Virus genome (UHGV): UHGV-0143361
Origin: a virus
Strand: one strand, 5' to 3'
DNA length: 12,686 nucleotides
A model generated the notes under the pieces. The model ran no database searches. It was not told where the DNA came from and saw only the letters and a program-made list of their open reading frames with translations. Of this stretch, positions 8,082 to 12,686 are shown piece after piece; position 1 is the stretch's first letter; each line of letters opens with the position of its first letter. Both the position numbers and the translations under genes were made by a program.

Positions 8082-8541
8082 TTACCACCCCACCAGCCTC
8101 TTTAAATCGGGCAATCAGGTCACCGATTTTATGTTCATACTGACCGTAACCTGCACCAGGTAACGACGCCCAGATATTGCTGCAACGGTCGATAGCCTGA
8201 CGAATATCACCGCGATCAATCATCGGTAAAGCGCCACGCTCTTTAATCTGCTGCAATGCCACTGCGTCCTGGCTTTTGGGGGAGAAGTCTTTCAAACCAA
8301 GCTGTTTACGGTAAGCATCCCACCAGCGTGAAAGAAGCTGATAACGCCCGGCGGCTGTTGATTTGAGTTTTGGGTTTAGCGTGACAAGTTTGCGAGGGTG
8401 ATCGGAGTAATCAGTGAAGAGTTCACCACCGACAATAACGTCATAACCGTGGTTACGTGTCGGTTGTCGTCCGTTATCCGTTCCTTCTGACCAAGCCACC
8501 ATATCAAGGAAAGCTTTACGCTGGGAATTTAGTACCTGCAT
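8065..8541 (-). CDS. R: Endolysin, lambda R-like lytic transglycosylase
   Basis: 158 aa. From memory it is near-identical over most of its length to phage lambda R (RKAFLDM.AWSEGTDNGRQ.TRNHGYDVIVGGELFTDYSDHPRKLVTLNPKLKST.AGRYQLLSRWWDAYRKQLGLKDFSPKSQDAVALQQIKERGALPMIDRGDIRQAIDRCSNIWASLPGAGYGQ). GGAG SD 7 nt upstream of the ATG at 8539-8541. Confidence 0.95.
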   Translation of the reverse strand: MQVLNSQRKAFLDMVAWSEGTDNGRQPTRNHGYDVIVGGELFTDYSDHPRKLVTLNPKLKSTAAGRYQLLSRWWDAYRKQLGLKDFSPKSQDAVALQQIKERGALPMIDRGDIRQAIDRCSNIWASLPGAGYGQYEHKIGDLIARFKEAGGVVNEVEL

Positions 8542-8544
8542 AAA

Positions 8545-8871
8545 TTACTCCTTAGAGCCACCAAATTTGTTACCGATTACTCGCATTGCAGCCCCACGAA
8601 TAGCATCGACACCGATCAACCCAACACCACCACCAATGGCAACAGAAAGCGATTTAGGCCATCCGACATACTCAAGAGCGGATGCAAAAGTCAGCGTCAG
8701 AGCGCCACAGAGTAGAATTTCGAGCGTTTTTCGCTTCCAGCCACCACCACCGCCAAAATAGGCGATGCGCAAACCAGCCATAACGATCGACATAATCACT
8801 GCACCCAGCGGTGTGTCTCCACGCCACCAGCTCTGGACCAAGTCCAGCCAGGTATTTGGGTTATGAGGCAT
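8545..8871 (-). CDS. Holin (three predicted hydrophobic segments)
   Basis: ORF 8545..8967 trimmed to the ATG at 8869-8871 (MPHNPNTWLD...). The track's GTG start lies inside the upstream terminator hairpin and overlaps the methyltransferase gene. Three hydrophobic stretches and a charged C-terminus, placed immediately upstream of the endolysin. Confidence 0.7.
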   Translation of the reverse strand: MPHNPNTWLDLVQSWWRGDTPLGAVIMSIVMAGLRIAYFGGGGGWKRKTLEILLCGALTLTFASALEYVGWPKSLSVAIGGGVGLIGVDAIRGAAMRVIGNKFGGSKE

Positions 8872-8914
8872 TTCGTCATCTCTCACCTCGCGATATTTGC
8901 GGGTGCTGTGTTGG

Positions 8915-8940
8915 AAATAAAAAGGCCACGCAACGTGGCC
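8915..8940 (-). terminator. Intrinsic terminator between the methyltransferase and holin genes (tR'-like position)
   Basis: Perfect 7-bp stem GGCCACG/CGTGGCC with a 3-nt loop (8924-8940), followed on the minus strand by UUUUUAUUU (8915-8923). Lies between the MTase stop (8948) and the holin ATG (8871). Confidence 0.6.
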
Positions 8941-8947
8941 ACCAGAA

Positions 8948-10000
8948 TTATTTCCCCACCAGTTCACTTACCTCTTTCACCGTCTGATTAAACCGCTCTG
9001 ACTCAAGTTCAACACCTAACGCCCGACGTCCCAGCGCCATTGCTGCTTTTATTGTGGAACCGGATCCCATAAAAAAATCAGCAACCAGATCACCTGGTCG
9101 ACTACTGGCATTGATTATTTGCCGGAGCATATCCGCAGGCTTCTCACACGGATGTTTACCCGGGTAGAACTGAACGGGTTTATGCGTCCAGACGTCGGTA
9201 TAAGGCACGGAAACTGATACGGAGAAATAGCGCCGGAGAGTTTTAAACTCATCCAGCAATTCAGAATATTTGCGATTCAGTGAATCATAAGATGCCACCA
9301 GCTGGTGGTGTGGTTGTTCCAGTTGTTGTTCCTGAAACTTCTCTGCCGCTATACGGGAAAACAGTGCCTGTAACTTCCGATAGTCAGCCTCATTCGGCAA
9401 CTGCCACTGACTGGCACCAAACCAGTGGGAAACCATATTTTTCTTACCTGTGGCTTCGGCAATTTGTTTTGCCGTTATACCCAGTTCGGCACGAGCATCC
9501 CTGAAATACGATATCAGCGGTGCCATTATGTGCTGTTTGAGTTCCCTTTCTTTTGCCGCATAGCCGTCACTTTTGCCGCGATATGGCCCCTGGTAATGTT
9601 CAGCAAACAGAACGCGCTCTGTGGCAGGAAAATATGCGCGCAGACTTTCTTTATTACACCCATTCCAACGTCCGGACGGCTTCGCCCAGATGATATTGTT
9701 AAGCACGTTGAAACGTTCACGCATCATGATCTCAATATCAGATGCCAGGCGATGCCCACAGAACAGGTAAAGGCTTCCGGCAGGTTTCAACACCCGCCAG
9801 AACTGGGCCAGACAGTGGTCCAGCCACTTAAGGTAATCTTCGTCCCCTTTCCACTGATTGTCCCAACCGTTGGGTTTCACCTTGAAGTAAGGCGGATCGG
9901 TAACAATCAGGTCAATGGAATCATCAGGCAGGGACTGAATAAAATGCAGGCAATCAGCGTTGATTAAATCAACACTGTTTATTTTTACAGTATTTTTCAT
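8948..10000 (-). CDS. DNA methyltransferase, beta-class amino-MTase (N6-adenine or N4-cytosine), apparently orphan
   Basis: 350 aa. Motif IV DPPY near the N-terminus (IVTDPPYF) and motif I FxGxG near the C-terminus (DFFMGSGST), the permuted order that defines beta-class amino-methyltransferases. No restriction endonuclease gene is adjacent. Confidence 0.9.
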   Translation of the reverse strand: MKNTVKINSVDLINADCLHFIQSLPDDSIDLIVTDPPYFKVKPNGWDNQWKGDEDYLKWLDHCLAQFWRVLKPAGSLYLFCGHRLASDIEIMMRERFNVLNNIIWAKPSGRWNGCNKESLRAYFPATERVLFAEHYQGPYRGKSDGYAAKERELKQHIMAPLISYFRDARAELGITAKQIAEATGKKNMVSHWFGASQWQLPNEADYRKLQALFSRIAAEKFQEQQLEQPHHQLVASYDSLNRKYSELLDEFKTLRRYFSVSVSVPYTDVWTHKPVQFYPGKHPCEKPADMLRQIINASSRPGDLVADFFMGSGSTIKAAMALGRRALGVELESERFNQTVKEVSELVGK

Positions 10001-10150
10001 GGATCAGTAAGCGTAACTCTGGTAGGCTCACTCTGCTTTTGCGCTAAAGCAGTGGGCCGTGGTTCGCTTGTGACCAGTAGGCATGAGCGAATGGCTGGCA
10101 GGTGCTACCAACACCCACCAGCCGCCCATTTTCACAGCAGGAAACCGCCA

Positions 10151-10354
10151 TTACTGGCAGCGTCTGAATTTATTCCCGTACCCGCCGTTATCCTTCGCCA
10201 GACCCGCCAGAACTAACTGAGTCAGTATTAACTGGCACCGGGCTTCGCTTACTCCGGTAGTTCTCGTCATCATGCGTGGCGTTACCCACTTGTCAGCAGG
10301 TAAGAAATGAAGGACTGCGGCGGCGGTTTCTGTCATATCTTGCTGTTTTAGCAT
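10151..10354 (-). CDS. Small putative winged-helix DNA-binding protein (67-75 aa)
   Basis: ORF 10151..10378; I favour the ATG at 10352-10354, which has an AAGGGA SD, over the track start. Size and the AAVLHFL...TGVSEARCQLILTQLVLAGLA pattern resemble small PapI/FaeA-like wHTH regulators. Family assignment is a recollection, not a search result. Confidence 0.45.
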   Translation of the reverse strand: MLKQQDMTETAAAVLHFLPADKWVTPRMMTRTTGVSEARCQLILTQLVLAGLAKDNGGYGNKFRRCQ

Positions 10355-10476
10355 GTCTTTTTCCCTTCTGGTTAACATGACATACCAATAACTCTTGTCT
10401 AAAAAGCCAGCAAGATAAAAAGTCAGTATTCACGACCACCAGCGTGTTTACTGTGCTGCACCAAGTTTACAGGTAC

Positions 10477-10501
10477 AAAAAAACCGCTCAGCGGCGGGTT
10501 T
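10477..10501. promoter_or_regulatory. Weak hairpin flanked by an A7 run and a T-run in a divergent intergenic region
   Basis: AAAAAAA-CCGC-tca-GCGG-CGGGTTT: a 4-bp GC stem with A7 on one side and T3 on the other. On the minus strand it reads hairpin plus U7, so it could be a weak terminator or attenuator. It sits in the 295-bp gap between the wHTH gene and the 339-aa gene. Confidence 0.25.
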
Positions 10502-10673
10502 AAGTTGTGTGGCGAAGTAACCACTCTTAACACAGTAATCTAGAAAATGCGGACCGCGTTAGTGATTTTTATCTGTTTTTCCATTATTTTTTTGCCACAC
10601 AGCTTAAAACGAAAAATAAAGCAGGCGTTGCCAAACCTCACGGTGACAGTTGGCTTAGAATGAGGACATATTT

Positions 10674-11693
10674 TTGGATAAGTTTGATGAGATTCATGTA
10701 GACATTGAATCTGAGCAGCAAGCCTTCGATTTGCTTGAAAGCTATCTTGATGGTTATGGTTTACCTGACAGTTTAAGTTTCAACGGATGGCCAAACCTTA
10801 CCATCAGATTAACCGGTGAAAAATTCAACAGATCGCTAACACCTTCAGTTATGAAGGGATTTGTTGAAATGCAAGCTCAAATCAACAAATCATATGCCCT
10901 TGCCAAGTACGGTGTCCCTGACGTCCGCAAACTGACCAAAGAAGAACTTGATGCCCTAGAAATAGAAGTTACGGTAGAACAGGGTTCTTCAATAGTAGAA
11001 ATCAACATTGATGGCTTTTTAACCAAACTCACACAGGAACTTGTTGGTAAAATGAACGCAACTGAGATCATGTTTACTGTTCTCGGCGCAGCAGTCATCT
11101 GGGGCGGAGTAACAGTATTTAAACGGTTCTTGGACAACCGTAAAGATATTCGCCTTGCAGAAATTGCTAAGGATGGAGAGAAAGAACATCTCCGGACTAT
11201 GCAGATCATGAGCGAGCAAGAAACTAAACGCCTGCGGGTTATTTCAGAAATGATTGCGGAAAAACCACTTCTCGATAACATGGACCGTATGTCGTATGAC
11301 GCTAAAACCCAAATGGTCAAATCCTTTGTGCGTTCAGATAACGCTCAAATTGATGGCGTTACTATTGATTCTGAAATGGCGAAAGAGTTGGTTACGAATG
11401 CTCGTAGACGTTCATCAGAAATGAGGATTGATGGTATTTACCGAATTGAAGAAGTCAATAATACTGACCCAGAGAGTTTCAAAGTTAAGGTCCGACGCGT
11501 AGATACCGACCAACGTCTAACCTGCGTAGTTCAGGATGTTTTCCTTGATGAATCCGGAAACAAAGAAGCATTGCAGCGAGCTGAGTGGGAAAGAAAGCCT
11601 GTACATTTGAGCATTAACGCAAAACACGTCGATGGTGACATTAAGTCAGCAGTAATTCTCTATGTTCGAGATGTGGAACAAAAGCCCGAGTAA
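10674..11693 (+). CDS. Hypothetical single-pass membrane protein, 339 aa (cargo gene, TTG start)
   Basis: Only in-frame start after the upstream stop is TTG at 10674, with GAGGA 7 nt upstream. One clear TM helix (IMFTVLGAAVIWGGVTVF, about residues 133-150) followed by KRFLDNRKDIR, and a charged, helix-rich C-terminal domain of about 190 aa. Plus strand, AT-rich, convergent with Q. No family recognised. Confidence 0.6.
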   Translation: MDKFDEIHVDIESEQQAFDLLESYLDGYGLPDSLSFNGWPNLTIRLTGEKFNRSLTPSVMKGFVEMQAQINKSYALAKYGVPDVRKLTKEELDALEIEVTVEQGSSIVEINIDGFLTKLTQELVGKMNATEIMFTVLGAAVIWGGVTVFKRFLDNRKDIRLAEIAKDGEKEHLRTMQIMSEQETKRLRVISEMIAEKPLLDNMDRMSYDAKTQMVKSFVRSDNAQIDGVTIDSEMAKELVTNARRRSSEMRIDGIYRIEEVNNTDPESFKVKVRRVDTDQRLTCVVQDVFLDESGNKEALQRAEWERKPVHLSINAKHVDGDIKSAVILYVRDVEQKPE

Positions 11694-11699
11694 TCGGGC
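11677..11699 (-). terminator. Intrinsic terminator downstream of Q, possibly bidirectional (shared with the convergent 339-aa gene)
   Basis: 6-bp stem GCCCGA/TCGGGC with a 4-nt loop (11684-11699); the TAA stop of the 339-aa gene lies in the loop. On the minus strand the hairpin is followed by UUUUGUU (11677-11683); on the plus strand it is followed by a U-rich UUCAAUAAUC. Confidence 0.5.
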
Positions 11700-11707
11700 T
11701 TCAATAA

Positions 11708-12085
11708 TCAATCTTTAATTTCGGGGTCCATCTCTAGACTAATTTCCAGCATCGATAGGCAGCCATCAATAAACCCCTCAGCCATCTGTATCTCAATGCG
11801 TATTAGTTTCTCATCCTTTTTACGAGCCTTGGCGAGCTTTCTTTTAGAGATACCGTATAGGTAATGGGCAACAAGAAGCGAATGTTCGTCCGGCCTTTTT
11901 TGCCTTAGACGAGCAAGACAACCTTCAATAATTAATGCATCACTATCTGAACATGCCTGACGTGTTTTGCTTGTATAGGGAAGAAGCCCTTTAAACCCAG
12001 CAGCTATAGGAGAATAGTCTACTCCTGAACTATCACTCGCCGCCCATGCTCCCCAACGATCCAGAACCATTTGAATATCACGCAT
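11708..12085 (-). CDS. Q: Late-gene antiterminator Q (Phage_antitermQ family, QuuQ/QuuD-like)
   Basis: ORF 11708..12100 trimmed to the ATG at 12083-12085 (MRDIQMVLDRWGAWAA...), with a GGAGA SD 7 nt upstream. The N-terminus MRDIQMVL.RWGAWAA...IAAGFKGL matches my recollection of E. coli prophage Q homologues; about 125 aa. Confidence 0.85.
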   Translation of the reverse strand: MRDIQMVLDRWGAWAASDSSGVDYSPIAAGFKGLLPYTSKTRQACSDSDALIIEGCLARLRQKRPDEHSLLVAHYLYGISKRKLAKARKKDEKLIRIEIQMAEGFIDGCLSMLEISLEMDPEIKD

Positions 12086-12102
12086 CAACTTTCTCCACAA
12101 AA

Positions 12103-12230
12103 TCAGGCCAGCACGCCAATTGCCAGCGCACGATCGATAAAACGAAATATCAGCTCCAGCTGAGAGCCATACTTTTCTTCAAATACCACGGTATCCGCAT
12201 GCAGCTCGTCGTGATGCTTTCTGCACAAAG
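12103..12230 (-). pseudogene. 3' fragment of a phage gene upstream of Q, truncated at the junction
   Basis: A minus-strand frame ends ...TVVFEEKYGSQLELIFRFIDRALAIGVLA* at 12103-12105, 17 nt before the Q start, in operon-like spacing with E. coli-like codons (CTG, CGT, GCG). It has no start because the sequence upstream of about 12230 is antisense to rimO. Confidence 0.3.
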
Positions 12231-12231
12231 G

Positions 12232-12636
12232 CAGCACGAAGAGGTCATGCGCTTTGTAGATGAGATGGAGTTCGAGCGTCTTGGCGTATTTACCTACTCA
12301 GCAGAGGAAGATACTCCGGCGGCAGATTTCCCGGATCAGATCCCGGAGGAGGTGAAGGAGGAGCGCCGCGACGAGATCATGGAGCTCCAGCAGGAAATTG
12401 CCTTTGAAAAGTCCGAATCCATGGTAGGACGAGTTCTGGATGTTATGATCGAGGGCAAGGTGGCTGACGAAGCTGCTTATGTGGGAAGAACCTACATGGA
12501 TGCCCCGAATGTAGATGGATATATCTTTGTTAACAGTGGTGAACTCTTTATGTCCGGTGATTTTGTCCGGGTGAAGGTCACTGGTTCCAATGACTATGAT
12601 CTGATCGGGGAGGTATACGATGAATCTGCCGAATAA
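12232..12636 (+). pseudogene. rimO: rimO (ribosomal protein S12 methylthiotransferase) 3' fragment with TRAM domain, 5'-truncated
   Basis: The C-terminal part of ORF 12046..12636 reads ...FERLGVFTYSAEEDTPAADFPDQIPEEVKEERRDEIMELQQEIAFEK...GRTYMDAPNVDGYIFVN...VRVKVTG..YDLIGEV, matching the RimO/MiaB C-terminus. The conserved GFPGET radical-SAM segment expected just upstream is absent in all frames. Codons (GAG, AAG, ATC, CTC) differ from the phage genes. Confidence 0.7.
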
Positions 12637-12686
12637 ACTGACCGTGCTGCGGGTGATCATGATCCCGTTTTTTGTAGCTGCACTTC
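12620..12686 (+). CDS. pgsA: CDP-diacylglycerol--glycerol-3-phosphate 3-phosphatidyltransferase (PgsA), 5' partial, runs off the window
   Basis: ATG at 12620 with a strong GGGGAGG SD 6 nt upstream, overlapping the rimO stop. Reads MNLPNKLTVLRVIMIPFFVAAL, a PgsA-like N-terminus. The rimO-pgsA adjacency is typical of Firmicutes. Confidence 0.6.
   Translation, partial: MNLPNKLTVLRVIMIPFFVAAL

Noticed and set aside
7911-8761. Plus-strand ORFs 7911..8105 and 8567..8761
   Set aside because: Antisense to Rz and to the holin respectively; short and compositionally implausible.
3511-8967. N-terminal extensions produced by GTG/TTG starts in the ORF track (holin at 8967, terS at 5902, Q at 12100)
   Set aside because: In each case an in-frame ATG with a properly spaced Shine-Dalgarno lies downstream, and the extension overlaps the upstream gene or its terminator or SD. 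The portal GTG at 3513 was kept only for lack of a better candidate.
9280-9967. ORFs 9280..9504 (+), 9425..9967 (+) and 9526..9720 (-) inside the methyltransferase gene
   Set aside because: Antisense or alternate-frame ORFs inside a CDS with unambiguous MTase motifs.
10560-10673. Possible promoter for the 339-aa gene (TTGCCA at 10592 and 10628, TAGAAT at 10656)
   Set aside because: Spacings to candidate -10 elements are 22 nt or otherwise off, and the TAGAAT would place the transcription start downstream of the SD; left as an unresolved regulatory region.
10877-11320. Minus-strand ORFs 10877..11320 and 11019..11219 inside the 339-aa gene
   Set aside because: Antisense to the plus-strand gene, Ser/Ile-rich and low complexity. 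Tempting as a late-strand gene, but there is no SD and codon usage is poor.
12046-12231. N-terminal 62 codons of the plus-strand ORF 12046..12636
   Set aside because: This part overlaps Q and its ribosome-binding region on the other strand and shows no RimO similarity; the open frame is fortuitous and real rimO similarity starts near 12232.
12298-12660. Minus-strand 120-aa ORF across the rimO fragment
   Set aside because: Antisense to the rimO TRAM-domain coding frame; an open antisense frame of a codon-biased gene.
1-12686. CRISPR arrays, tRNA or rRNA genes, and IS elements or terminal inverted repeats
   Set aside because: No regularly spaced direct repeats, no cloverleaf-like conserved tRNA segments and no transposase-like ORF were seen on either strand.

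Overview
This window is the late, lysis and packaging/head region of a lambdoid, Enterobacteriaceae-type prophage with an HK97-like head module, read entirely on the minus strand. Running from high to low coordinates: antiterminator Q (11708..12085), a wHTH gene, a beta-class DNA amino-methyltransferase, holin / lambda R-like endolysin / Rz / Rz1, then HNH endonuclease, a candidate cos region, terS (P27 family), terL, portal, prohead protease, major capsid protein and head-tail connector. Two visibly AT-richer cargo loci are inserted on the opposite (plus) strand: a two-gene cassette of unknown function at 6520..7525, between the lysis cassette and HNH/cos, and a 339-aa single-pass membrane protein at 10674..11693, between Q and the late genes. 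These two are the best candidates for an undescribed accessory or defence function, but I could not assign either to a known family by eye. At the right edge (about 12230) the phage sequence abuts a 5'-truncated rimO followed by the start of pgsA, with Firmicutes-like gene order and codon usage, which suggests a chimeric or artificial join. No rRNA, tRNA or CRISPR array was seen. All calls come from reading the sequence and recalling protein families; no searches or computations were run, and GC differences are judged by eye.
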